Below are positions 29,803-42,700 of a stretch of 64,000 nucleotides of DNA, piece after piece. The position numbers were made by a program, and so were the translations under genes. The first letter of the stretch is position 1; every line of letters begins with the position of its first letter. The DNA comes from Haliotis cracherodii (Eukaryota). The DNA is taken from positions 26,660,001 to 26,724,000 of the forward strand of contig NW_027266267.1 in assembly GCF_022045235.1 (NCBI RefSeq), given 5' to 3'. The notes under the pieces are model-generated. The model saw only the letters and a program-made list of their open reading frames with translations. It was not told the DNA's origin and did no database searches.

Positions 29803-30088
29803 GGGGTCACGAGTGGCCCAGTCGTCTGAGGCGCAGCGATTCGCTGAGCAGAGTTGAGTCCCTGGGGCACGCCAGTAACTTGTGATCGTGGGTTCGAATC
29901 CTGGGTCGCCCCGATGATGTTTCTAGGTTTGTCAGCACCATACCCGTGCTCGTTGGTTTCACCGAAGTGGTAAGTGTCTGAGACCTGCATCACTTTGGGC
30001 TTTCCTCCCACATTAAGCTGACATGTCGCGCTACTGGAATACTGTTAAAAGCAGCGTTGAACCAAACTCACTCACTCACTCACTCACT
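29803..30088 (+). mobile_element. SINE family B, full length (probably in the NAA50 3' UTR)
   Basis: A/B boxes, core, (ACTC)n tail. Confidence 0.92.
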
Positions 30089-30572
30089 CCATTCTACTCA
30101 CAAATAATAACATCTTCAAAAGCAACTTTCATCTTTGGTAATCTCATCGCCATGGTGTCGAAAAGCTTTCCACACCCTGTTGAGAGTATTGTTACCCACT
30201 CACAATAATTTAGTGGTGCAAAACTTTCCAGATTGATAGTAATCCTGGAGCTAGTTGAATAGAGCGATCTTCAATGGGACTGTCATAGGTCAGTGTTAAA
30301 GTTGGTCATAGGTCGGCCCAGTTGTCTAAGACACTGCATGATTCCTGTACAGTGTTGTGTACCAAGACCTGCCAGAAATCGATGATCGAGGGATCAGTTA
30401 TGTTTCTTGGTTTGTCAGCACCCAACCAATGCTCTTGGTTTTCATCGAAGTGTTTTTTCTCCTTCATCAAACTTACAGCCTGTGATGTCGCTTAAATACT
30501 TTTCATCCAAACTCTTTCGCTGTTTATTTGTCAAGAGTTATGATCATTGCAACACTGGGAATGCTCTGTGGA

Positions 30573-30738
30573 GGCCCGATGGTATAGCCTGGCGGTTAAT
30601 GCATCTGCTCGTCACGTTGAATACCTGGGTTCGATTCCCCATATGGCTACAATGTGTGAAGCCCATTTCTGGTGTCCCTGCTGTGATATTGCTGGAATAT
30701 TGCTAAAAGCGGCGTAAAACCATACTCACTCACTCACT
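30573..30738 (+). mobile_element. SINE family A
   Basis: TSD CTCTGTGGA. Confidence 0.9.
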
Positions 30739-31898
30739 CTGTGGAACAGGGCCAAGGGTCTCTTGTATTGGAGGAATGGAGAGGTTGTGGATTTGAACAT
30801 TGGCCACATACATTGTAGGTCCGAACATAGTAACATAAACCTCTTTTATATGACCTCATTACTAGAGTTTCAACCCCTAATTTGATTCATTTGGATTCTT
30901 TCCTGTCAGCACATCTCCATCAAGGGTTTCACTATAGCCGTAAATATTTGTCAAATAAGTTGAAAAAAAACCCAGTTGGTTCTCACACAGTATTTCTCTG
31001 TAACCACTAGGATTGAATAACTTAAAACAGGCGACAAAATCCAATGATGACATGGACAGGTGGCCATGGTTTTGTTATCTGGACTAATGGCATGGAGTTA
31101 TCTCCCTTTGCAAGGGAGTTAAGCTGTGCGCAAGGTGAAAGATGTTCTTAAGGTATTTGTAGTTTTTGTATAGCTGACAGTTATGGTAAGGGGAAAGTTG
31201 TAGATTGAACTTGAAAACTGTTGTATAATTTTAATGAAGAGATGTCAGATATGCTGACCCGTCAGCCGAATCGGAAAGAAAGTTGACCACAAATGAAGCC
31301 ACTATGATTGTTTGAAAAATTACAAAAAAAGTAATAAAATTTAAATATAATAAATCCTTACTTTTTATCATTGTTCAAACATTTGGCAAACATGCTTCCT
31401 GTCAAAATTAGTGTCACATTCTTCATAGCAAGGAGAGGCCAGCATCTCTTGAAAGAATAGTTGGTGTCAATCACAAATTGTTGTTATTTTTAATGAGATT
31501 TCCCCGTAGCCAATGGTGAGCTGGATTACTTTTGACTACTAAATGTTGGGTAAAATTGCTAATGCTAATGACATTTTATTAAGAATTTACAAGTTGTGCC
31601 AAACTAGAGATGGCATCTCTGAAGTGTGTCTACTTTGGTTAAATGACTGTTAGATGTATTTTGCTGATATGATAAAAGGTAAGGATGTGTTTGATCTTTT
31701 TGAATAGAAGAGTTTGTTGTCCATGGAGCGTGCACAAAATATAGAAATGTACATAGATCTGTCAATTGCTCTGTCATTGTGTCTTAATCTACATTGTATA
31801 TAAACCATTTACAGGAAAACCTCTTTCTGTGTTGTTCTTCAGATCAGCCTTATATGTCCAGGGTTTCATGGATGCAAAATACTGCGTCCTATAGGCAT

Positions 31899-32064
31899 GG
31901 GGGGGCGGTCGGGTAGCCTTGTGGTCAAAGCGTTTGCTCATCACGCCAAAGACCCGGGTTCGATTCCCGACATGGGTACAATGTGTGAAGCCCATTTCTG
32001 GTGTCCCCCGCCGTGATATTGCTGGAATATTGCTTAAAGCCGCGTAAAACCATAATCACTCACT
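31899..32064 (+). mobile_element. SINE family A
   Basis: TSD ctataggcatg/ctaaaggcatg. Confidence 0.92.
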
Positions 32065-32227
32065 AAAGGCATGCACATTGTGAATTGACACAAGTGACGG
32101 TTTGAATCAGTGACTCATCAAAATTGTAGATGACAATTTAAGTGGGACATAATATAATAGAATATATCCATTTATTATGCGCCATATTCCATTCCAAAGT
32201 GAATGCCTATGGCTTCTGAGTATGATA

Positions 32228-32464
32228 TTTGTTTGTTGTTTAACACCGCACTCAGCAATATTCCAGCTATATGACGGTGGTCTCTAAATAATCGAATCTG
32301 GACCAGACAATCCAGTGATTTGACATGAGAATCGATCTGCGCAATTGGGATGCGATGACATGGATCAATCAAGTCAGCCAGCCTGACCATCCGATCCCGC
32401 TAGTCGCCTCCTGCGTCAAGCAAGGTTTGCTGAAGACTCAATTCTAACCAGTAATCTTCACGGG
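32228..32464 (-). mobile_element. Family D
   Basis: Match to family D consensus. Confidence 0.88.
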
Positions 32465-32877
32465 ATTTGGACCCCAGGGTTCATGCACCACGTGGCTGCT
32501 TGTACTGGTCGAGAATTATGCCGGTTTTATAGTGATAACCCAATGAGAATACCCTCCCGCAATTTAACATGGATATCCCCACTCTGTGTACTGTCTCTGC
32601 AGCCGATCAGTCCTGGAATACATGACACTTATTATGGACAGCAATTTTTTATTCTTTGTCACGACGTTCCTGAGCTACTTCTTCCTCATCAGGTGAATGC
32701 TGAATAAGATATACATCATGATATGTTTGCACAACACAAGTTGAAGTTATGTTCAAAGATAACAATATAATGAAAAAGCTGATGACATGGGATCAGTCCT
32801 TGTTATAATCCCACAATGGCCGGGTGCGAGGGAGAGAAGCAACAGTTAATAGCCCCAGCGGTATACCTATCTTTCAG

Positions 32878-33320
32878 AGGCAAGGGAGTTAACTGCTAAT
32901 AGAAGTCCAGTTTCAACCCTTGCCGAACTAGGCTGGTATTATGGAGTTACATTTTGGCTGGACTAACGAGTCTATGCAAAGTCCGTCAAAAACGACCAAA
33001 AACGCAACAAAATCAAAATCCGGTTCGTAAATTGTGCAGATTTCGGTCGATTGCAGGATTTGCAAAGCATGTGCAGCGCCAACTCGTTGTCAACAGATAT
33101 CTTCCAAACCTTTTCAAGTTTTCAATCAAGGTACTTGCGTGATCTGATGCACTTCGCGATGTAAGACCCGTTTTATTACAATATAGATCTTGTTTATTGA
33201 TCAGATCTTCTTTAGTGGGTGCCGCCATTTTGTTTGTAACAAATGCAAGTGGTGGAATCGGATTGGTCCATAGGAGAGGCTTAGAAGGGACATAAGTCGT
33301 AACAAGGGTTTGCCAGTAAC
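32878..33320 (-). mobile_element. MITE (GAGGCAAG-ended family), one end missing
   Basis: Reverse-complement homolog of 54210-54657. Confidence 0.78.
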
Positions 33321-33550
33321 ATGGCTATATCCCCCGCCCCTGTTGCAGAATTTATGACATAATTAAATCTAAACAAACCCTAACCTTTTTTAACCGAGGT
33401 GGAACTTGTCATGGAAATAGTAAAAAAAAGAAGAGTTTGGAACCTAAGTCTATCTTGTTGCCATGGAAACGTGAAAAATATAAATTTCTAAATAGAAAAA
33501 AGGCAGCATGTACCTGACAGACCTGCAAAGTTTCATGAAAAGCTATTGAA

Positions 33551-33802
33551 CTAGTCCGGACTGATGCCGATTTATAGTGCTAGCTCTCTGAGATACCATG
33601 CCGCAGTTTAACATGAATACCCCACTCAGACACAGTATACTGACTCCGAGCCGACCAGTCCTTGTTTTAACCCCTTAAAGTCGAGCGCCAGACAGGGTAA
33701 CAACAAGTACCATCTTTTGACGTCTTTTTGGTGTGACGCGGTCGGGGATCGAACCCCGAACCTTCCGCTCTCCGAGCGGACGCTCTACCACTAGACCACG
33801 GA
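33551..33802 (-). mobile_element. SINE family C (tRNA head plus Meta-domain-like core)
   Basis: Minus strand GTGGTCTAGTGGTAGAGCG...GGTTCGATCCCC...CGGAGTCAGTATACTGTGTCTGAGTGG...GAGCTAGCACTATAAA. Confidence 0.85.
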
Positions 33803-34119
33803 TGTGGTCTGCGAGCATAGATTGCGAACCAGCTGTATGTACACTGCAGGATAGTGATACTACTGTTAGAGGGCCCCAGGGGTATCAATATCGTGTGCCG
33901 TGTCCATGCAGCCCGCCAAGCCACTGCTGTACACTTAGTCATTTGATTACATGGAATGCTTCAACATAAGCACTACGCACACAAACATACAGCATATTCA
34001 CGACCTTTACATTCCCCCCTAAGGCCGACTTAAGTTAAAAAACTGATAGCAGTTGAAAGCAATGAGTCGAAGTCTGGGTTAACAAATACACAGGAAGCGT
34101 CAACGGTCTGTGGTAGATG

Positions 34120-34279
34120 AGTGAGTGAGTATGGTTTTACGCCGCTTTGAACAATATTCCAGCAATATCACGGCGGGGGACACCATAAATGGGCTTCACA
34201 CATTGTACCCATGTCGGGAATCGAACCCGGGTCTTCGCTGTGACGAATGCTTTAACCACTAGGCTACCCGACCGCCCCC
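34120..34279 (-). mobile_element. SINE family A
   Basis: Reverse-complement match to the other copies. Confidence 0.92.
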
Positions 34280-34349
34280 TATCCCACTAGAGCGACAAGT
34301 CAACGATGATATTAATTTCAGTCATATAGCCTGTAACTGTCGCTCGGAA

Positions 34350-34812
34350 TGCGTCGTGTTAACATTTTCGAGGTTACATGATTAGTAATGATGGTCTTTC
34401 CTTGGTCATTCCTTGGTCTCGCATCCTCTTACTCGTTCGGTCCATCCTTCTCCATTCTAGTTCAATGAGGAGACTGATTGAAGGTGTGAGTGAGTGAGTA
34501 TGGTTTTTGCAATATTCCAGCAATATCACGGCAGGGGACACCTGAAATGGGCTTCACACATTGTACCCAGGTAGGGATTGAAACCTGGGTCTTCGGCGTG
34601 ACGAGCGAACGCTTTAGCCACTAGGCTACCCAACCGCCCCACAGATGCGTCAGGATATGGTCTAAGGGAGTTCTCTCACAGAACAGTAGCATCGGTGAAA
34701 GAGCTGTGGCATTTGCATCTCGTACCATATCAGAAGAGGAGAGGAAAAACTCTGTAGGAGAGAAAGAAGCCTTAGCATGCATGTTGGCATGTGAGAAGTG
34801 GCACACCTACCA
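34350..34812 (+). pseudogene. Ty3/Gypsy pol remnant (RT end and RNase H)
   Basis: GYMISNDG near 34372; DASGYGL...ERAVAFASRTISEEERKNSVGEKEALACMLACEKWHTY at 34644-34810; frameshifted. Confidence 0.85.
34487..34640 (-). mobile_element. SINE family A inserted in a Gypsy remnant
   Basis: Reverse-complement match to the other copies. Confidence 0.9.
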
Positions 34813-35049
34813 TGGTTTGTCCCCCTACGTGTCATGTACACATGTCTATACAAAATTACATGATAGTTTCTTAAAGAACTACATCCGTCATGGGTCTTAA
34901 ATTAAACAAAATTCAGATTTTGTTGGGTACAGGGTATTCATGGTCAAGTACCGTATTGATGTTTCATACACTTTTCTGAATTTCGAGTTATTTTGCAATT
35001 CATCGTTCTCATTTGGAGTCAAACGGACTGTAGAAGGAAACCAGGGTCA

Positions 35050-35340
35050 CCACAATACAGTTGGACCTAGAACGGCAAATCACGTGGAGGGGTGGCACAG
35101 CAAGATTGCGAAGGTATTGGGTGCGCCTCATCCAAATATCTTCAAGATTGTATCATTTTTCAAAGCCGAACAAGCGTACGTCGAGTCGACCATCCATCAG
35201 CTAGAGTCTGGTGGGAAAATTCGTCCAAGAAAGCGAAAGTACAGACAACTTGATGACAGACTGCAGATAGAGAAGCATCACTTGCAGAATGGCACCAAGA
35301 CCATTTAACAGTTTGCTGATTCTGTGCATATCATGACATT
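35050..35340 (+). pseudogene. MULE/Mutator-type transposase C-terminal remnant
   Basis: GPRTANHVEGWHSKI...HPNIFKIVSFFKAEQ matches the RTNNxxEGWH...HPN motif; upstream part absent. Confidence 0.82.
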
Positions 35341-36709
35341 AAGGAAATATCATGTATATGTATCATGATTTTGTACACATAATTGTACATGTAAAATGAT
35401 TTTATACACATAATTGTGCTTGGATTGTTGTACAATATGTTTTTATTTTGCCAATAATAAATCATTATTTACATTCTTGTGTATGCTTATTTCAATGTAC
35501 TAGTATATTCATGGGTCTATACACAGTTGCATAGTGGGCACTGCAACCCTGATGGTGATACGGCCTAATCCCTTAATCCTTTGTTGTTATAAGATCCAAA
35601 TTCAAAAGTGGGCATAGTGGGGGTAACCGAATCTTCATGGGATGACAGGGATTAGTGATGTCGTGTGTTACATAAAGCTTAGAGGTATTGGATGTGTTCA
35701 AAGATCGATGTACATCCATGTCCATTTCATTCGCGCATCATTCGTCCCTATTTGGACTTTTCACAGCGCCCTGCAATACAGTTGTAGACAAGGACAACAA
35801 CAACATGAATGTTATCAAGAGAATATTTGTTGACGTCTGACTGGTATTACAAGTATATTAATACATGGTATGTGCTATAGGTTCTTTTCAGTCAGCGCTT
35901 CAAAACATGCATATACTTTATTTCTCTCGAATTATTTTTTTCAAGCACTTTCGGGAACAGATCTAATCTCTCTGTTCTTCTTATAATTTGAAAATAACCG
36001 CCTTCGCCAGAATATCAAATGGTTGGCCCCTTAATGGTTTGGTGGTCAGGCTTGGCGACATGGTTGACGACGACGTGGACAGTCGTTCATAATATCACTC
36101 ACTGGTTTCTGAAGGCCAGACTTGATTAATCACAGACAGCTGTCATACAGCTGGAATATTGCTGAGTGCTGTTTTAACCCTCCCCCCCAAAAAAACAACC
36201 AAAAAACAACCAAAACCAAAATACAGCCACACAAAGATAACACACAAGAGACCAAACAAACAAACAACAAAAATACCCAAACAACGGTTAAAGCATGTTA
36301 TATCTTGTGACTTGTTACCTTATGTGGTAGTTTCTGTTATAAAGTTTGGACACAAAGCGAACCAGAACATTTGGTCATTTATTGTTTGTACTGCGGAAGT
36401 TTTCCTCATAAACTTTACAAATGCGTTTGATGATAGCAAGCGTTGTGATAAGATTTAAATGAAGTTATGAGTGAATGTATAGGCTCTTTCTGGGGAGTGA
36501 GTGAGGGAGACAAATGAGCATTCAAATTTTATGTATAGAAGAGGGCAGAGGCAACTTTTTCCTCAAATGTCCTCTATTTTTGTCATTGATACGTTAAATT
36601 TGGAAATGTCCACACGTCTACCATAAAATATTTTGAAAACCTTCCGAGACCTTTAATGTTTTTGAACATCTTTTGAGCAAACTTGTATGACGCTCTTTGA
36701 AATCCTGGT

Positions 36710-39700
36710 ACATCGGATGTGGTTCAGGCTGAGGGGTGGGGACATCGTATGTTGGTTCAGGCTGAGGGATGGGGACATCGTATGTTGGTTCAGGCGGAGG
36801 GATGGGGACATTGTATGTTGGTTCAGACGGAGGGATGGGGACATCGTATGTGGGCTCAGGCTGAGGGATGGGGACATCGGATGTGGGTTCAGGCGGAGGG
36901 ATGGGGACATTGTATGTTGGTTCAGACGGAGGGATGGGGACATCGTATGTGGGCTCAGGCTGAGGGATGGGGACATCGGATGTGGGTTCAGGCTGAGGAC
37001 TGGGGACATCGTATGTGGGTTCAGACGGAAGGATGGGGACATTGTATGTGGGCTCAGACTGAGGGGTGGGGACATCGTATGTGGGCTCAGGCTGTGGGTT
37101 GGGGACATCGGATGTGGGTTCAGGCGGAGGGATGGGGACATTGTATGTTGGTTCAGGCGGAGGGAAGGGGACATCGTATGTGGGCTCAGGCTGAGGGATG
37201 GGGACATCGTGTGTGGGCTCAGGCTGAGGAGTGGGGACATCAGATGTTGGTTCAGGCGGAGAGATGGGGACATCGTATGTGGGTTCAGGCGGAGGGATGG
37301 GGACATTGTATGTTGGTTCAGACGGAGGGATGGGGACATCGGATGTGGGTTCAGGCGGAGGGTTGGGGACATCGTATGTTGGTTCAGGCGGAGGGATGGG
37401 GACATCGGATGTGGGCTCAGGCAGAGAGATGGGGACATCGGATGTGGGTTCAGGCTGATGGGTGGGGACATCAGATGTGGTTCAGGCTGAGGGATGGGGA
37501 CATCGGATGTGGGTTCAGGCTGTGGGTTGGGGACATCGGATGTGGGCTCAGGCTGAAGAGTGGGGACATCGTATGTTGGTTCAGGCGGAGAGATGGGGAC
37601 ATCGGATGTCGTTCAGGCGGAGGGATGGGGACATTGTATGTTGGTTCAGGCGGAGGGAAGGGGACATCGTATGTGGGCTCAGGCTGAGGGATGGGGACAT
37701 CGTATGTGGGCTCAGGCTGAGGAGTGGGAACATCGTATGTTGGTTCAGGCGGAGAGATGGGGACATCGTATGTGGGTTCAGGCGGAGGGAAGGGGACATC
37801 AGATGTGGGTTCAGGTTGAAGGGTGGGGACATCGGACATGGGTTCAGATTGAGCTGTGGGGGCATCAGATGTGGGTTCAGGATGAAGGTTCGGAACATCA
37901 GATGAGGGTTCAGGTTGAGCAGTGGGGGCATCGTATGTGGGTTCAGCTCGAGGGGTGGGGACATCAGATGTGGGTTCAGGTTGATGACTGGGGACATCGG
38001 ATGTGGGTTCAGGTTAATGGCTGGGGACATCGGGTGTGGGTTCTGGCTAAAGGGTGGGGACATTGGATGTGGGTTCTGGCTGAGGGATTGGGACATCGGA
38101 TGTCGTTCAGGCTGATGGGTGGGAACATTGGATGTGGGTTTAGGCTGAGGGGTGGGGACTTCAGATGTGGGTTCAGGTTCAGTAGTGGGGACATCGGATG
38201 TCGTTCAGGCTGAGGGGTGGGAACATTGGCTGTGGGTTTAGGCTGAGGGGTGGGGACTTCAGATGTGGGTTCAGGTTGAGTAGTGGGGACATCAGATGTG
38301 AGTTTAGGCTGATGGGTGGGGACTTCAGATGTGGGTTCATGCTCAGGGGTGGGGACTTCAGATGTGGGTTCAGGTTGAGTAGTGGTGACATCAGAGGTGA
38401 GTTCAGGCTGAGGGGTGGGGACATCGTATGTGGGTTCAGGCTGAGGGTTGGGGACATCAGATATGGGTTCAGGCTGAGGGATGGGGACATCGTATGTGGG
38501 TTTAGAATGAGGGGTTGGGACATCAGATGTAGGTTCAGGTTGAAGGGTGGGAACATTGGCTGTGGGTTTAGGCTGAGGGGTGGGGACATCAGATGTGAGT
38601 TTAGGCTGAGGGGTGGTGACATCAGATGTCGTTCAGGCTGATGGGTGGGAACATTGGCTGTGGGTTTAGCTCGAGGGGTTGGGACATCAGATGTGGGTTC
38701 AGGTTCAGTAGTGGGGACATTGGATGTCGTTCAGGCTGAGGGGTGGGAACATCGGCTGTGGGTTTAGGCTGAGGGGTGGGGACATCAGATGTGAGTTTAG
38801 GCTGAGGGGTGGTGACATCAGATTTCGTTCAGGCTGAGGGGTGGGAACATTGGATGTGGGTTTAGGCTGAGGGGTGGGGACTTCAGATGTGGGTTCAGGT
38901 TGAGTAGTGGGGACATCAGATGTGGGTTTAGGCTTAGGGGTGGGGACATCAGATGTCGTTCAGGCTGAGGGGTTCGGAACATTGGATGTGGGTTTAGGCT
39001 GAGGGGTGGGGACTTCAGATGTGGGTTCAGGTTGAGTAGTGGGGACATCAGATGTGGGTTTAGGATGAGGGTTGGGGACTTCAGATGTGGTTTCAGGTTG
39101 AGTAGTGGGGACTTCAGATGTGGGTTTAGGCTGAGTAGTGGGGACTTCAGATGTAGGTTCAGGCGGAGGGATGGGGACATCGTATGTGGGCTCAGGCTGT
39201 GGGTTGGTGACATCAGATATGGGTTTAGGCTGAATAGTGGGGACCTCAGATGTGGGTTTAGGCTGAGGGGTGGGGACTTCAGATGTGGGTTTAGGCTGAG
39301 GGATGGGGACTTCAGATGTGGGCTCAGGCTGAGGGGTGGGGACATCGGATGTGGGTTCAGGCTGAGGGATGGGGACATCGGATGTGGGTTCAGGCGGAGG
39401 GATGGGGACATTGTATGTTGGTTCAGGCGGAGGGAAGGGGACATCGTATGTGGGCTCAGGCTGAGGGATGGGGACATCGTATGTGGGCTCAGGCTGAGGA
39501 GTGGGAACATCGTATGTTGGTTCAGGCGGAGAGATGGGGACATTGTATGTGGGTTCAGGCGGAGGGAAGGGGACATCAGATGTGGGTTCAGGTTGAAGGG
39601 TGGGGACATCGGACATGGGTTCAGATTGAGCAGTGGGGGCATCAGATGTGGGTTCAGGATGAAGGTTCGGAACATCAGATGAGGGTTCAGGTTGAGCAGT

Positions 39701-42700
39701 GGGGGCATCGTATGTGGGTTCAGCTCGAGGGGTGGGGACATCAGATGTGGGTTCAGGTTGATGACTGGGGACATCGGATGTGGGTTCAGGTTGATGGCTG
39801 GGGACATCGGGTGTGGGTTCTGGCTAAAGGGTGGGGACATTGGATGTGGGTTCTGGCTGAGGGATTGGGACATCGGATGTCGTTCAGGCTGATGGGTGGG
39901 AACATTGGATGTGGGTTTAGGCTGAGGGGTGGGGACTTCAGATGTGGGTTCAGGTTCAGTAGTGGGGACATCGGATGTCGTTCAGGCTGATGGGTGGGAA
40001 CATTGGCTGTGGGTTTAGGCTGAGGGGTGGGGACATCAGATGTGGGTTCAGGTTGAGTAGTGGGGACATCGGATGTCGTTCAGGCTGAGGGGTGGGAACA
40101 CTGGCTGTGGGTTTAGGCTGAGGGGTGGGGACATCAGATGTGGGTTCAGGTTGAGTAGTGGGGACATCAGATGTGAGTTTAGGCTGAGGGGTGGTGACAT
40201 CAGATGTCGTTCAGGCTGATGGGTGGGAACATTGGATGTGGGTTTAGGCTGAGGGGTGGGGACATCAGATGTGAGTTTAGGCTGAGGGGTGGTGACATCA
40301 GAGGTGGGTTCAGGCTGAGGGGTGGGGACATCGTATGTGGGTTCAGGCTGAGGGTTGGGGACATCAAATATGGGTTCAGGCTGATGGATGGGGACATCGT
40401 ATGTGGGTTTAGAATGAGGGGTTGGGACATCAGATGTAGGTTCAGGTTGAGGGGTGGGAACATTGGCTGTGGGTTTAGGCTGAGGGGTGGGGACATCAGA
40501 TGTGAGTTTAGGCTGAGGGGTGGTGACATCAGATGTCGTTCAGGCTGATGGGTGGGAACATTGGATGTGGGTTTAGGCTGAGGGGTTGGGACTTCAGATG
40601 TGGGTTCAGGTTCAGTAGTGGGGACATCAAATATGGGTTCAGGCTGATGGATGGGGACATCGTATGTGGGTTTAGAATGAGGGGTTGGGACATCAGATGT
40701 AGGTTCAGGTTGAGGGGTGGGAACATTGGCTGTGGGTTTAGGCTGAGGGGTGGGGACATCAGATGTGAGTTTAGGCTGAGGGGTGGTGACATCAGATGTC
40801 GTTCAGGCTGATGGGTGGGAACATTGGATGTGGGTTTAGGCTGAGGGGTTGGGACTTCAGATGTGGGTTCAGGTTCAGTAGTGGGGACATCAGATGTGGG
40901 TTTAGGCTTAGGGGTGGGGACATCAGATGTCGTTCAGGCTGATGGGTTCGGAACATTGGCTGTGGGTTTAGCTCGAGGGGTGGGGACTTCAGATGTGGGT
41001 TCAGGTTCAGTAGTGGGGACATCGTATGTCGTTCAGGCTGAGGGGTGGGAACATTGGCTGTGGGTTTAGGCTGAGGGGTGGGGACATCAGATGTGAGTTT
41101 AGGCTGAGGGGTGGTGACATCAGATGTCGTTCAGGCTGATGGGTGGGAACATTGGCTGTGGGTTTAGGGTGAGGGGTGGGGACATCAGATGTGGGTTCAG
41201 GTTGAGTAGTGGGGACATCAGATGTGAGTTTAGGCTGAGGGGTGGTGACATCGGATGTCGTTCAGGCTGAGGGGTGGGAACATTGGCTGTGGGTTTAGGC
41301 TGAGGGGTGGGGACTTCAGATGTGGGTTCAGGTTGAGTAGTGGGGACATCAGATGTGAGTTTAGGCTGAGGGGTGGTGACATCAGATGTTGTTCAGGCTG
41401 ATGGGTGGGAACATTGGCTGTGGGTTTAGGCTGAGGGGTGGGGACATCAGATGTGAGTTTAGGCTGAGGGGTGGTGACATCAGATGTCGTTCAGGCTGAG
41501 GGGTGGGAACATTGGATGTGGGTTTAGGCTGAGGGGTGGGGACTTCAGATGTGGGTTCAGGTTCAGTAGTGGGGACATCAGATGTGGGTTTAGGCTTAGG
41601 GGTGGGGACATCAGATGTCGTTCAGGCTGAGGGGTTCGGAACATTGGATGTGGGTTTAGGCTGAGGGGTGGGGACATCAGATGTCGTTCAGGCTGATGGG
41701 TTCGGAACATTGGCTGTGGGTTTAGCTCGAGGGGTGGGGACTTCAGATGTGGGTTCAGGTTGAGTAGTGGGGACATCGTATGTCGTTCAGGCTGAGGGGT
41801 GGGAACATTGGCTGTGGGTTTAGGCTGAGGGGTGGGGACATCAGATGTGAGTTTAGGCTGAGGGGTGGTGACATCGGATGTCGTTCAGGCTGATGGGTGG
41901 GAACATTGGCTGTGGGTTTAGGGTGAGGGGTGGGGACATCAGATGTGGGTTCAGGTTGAGTAGTGGGGACATCAGATGTGAGTTTAGGCTGAGGGGTGGT
42001 GACATCGGATGTCGTTCAGGCTGAGGGGTGGAAACATTGGCTGTGGGTTTAGGCTGAGGGGTGGGGACTTCAGATGTGGGTTCAGGTTGAGTAGTGGGGA
42101 CATCAGATGTGAGTTTAGGCTGAGGGGTGGTGACATCAGATGTCGTTCAGGCTGATGGGTGGGAACATTGGCTGTGGGTTTAGGCTGAGGGGTGGGGACA
42201 TCAGATGTGAGTTTAGGCTGAGGGGTGGTGACATCAGATGTCGTTCAGGCTGAGGGGTGGGAACATTGGCTGTGGGTTTAGGCTGAGGGGTGGGGACTTC
42301 AGATGTGGGTTCAGGTTCAGTAGTGGGGACATCAGATGTGGGTTTAGGCTTAGGGGTGGGGACATCAGATGTCGTTCAGGCTGAGGGGTTCGGAACATTG
42401 GATGTGGGTTTAGGCTGAGGGGTGGGGACATCAGATGTCGTTCAGGCTGATGGGTTCGGAACATTGGCTGTGGGTTTAGCTCGAGGGGTGGGGACTTCAG
42501 ATGTGGGTTCAGGTTCAGTAGTGGGGACATCGTATGTCGTTCAGGCTGAGGGGTGGGAACATTGGCTGTGGGTTTAGGCTGAGGGGTGGGGACATCAGAT
42601 GTGAGTTTAGGCTGAGGGGTGGTGACATCAGATGTCGTTCAGGCTGATGGGTGGGAACATTGGCTGTGGGTTTAGGGTGAGGGGTGGGGACATCAGATGT

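Noticed and set aside
33013-33228. Peptide MAAPTKEDLIN... similar to MAVPSQEDLIN... at 54378
   Set aside because: DNA-level homology between two MITE copies with indels and divergent ends; no evidence of coding constraint.
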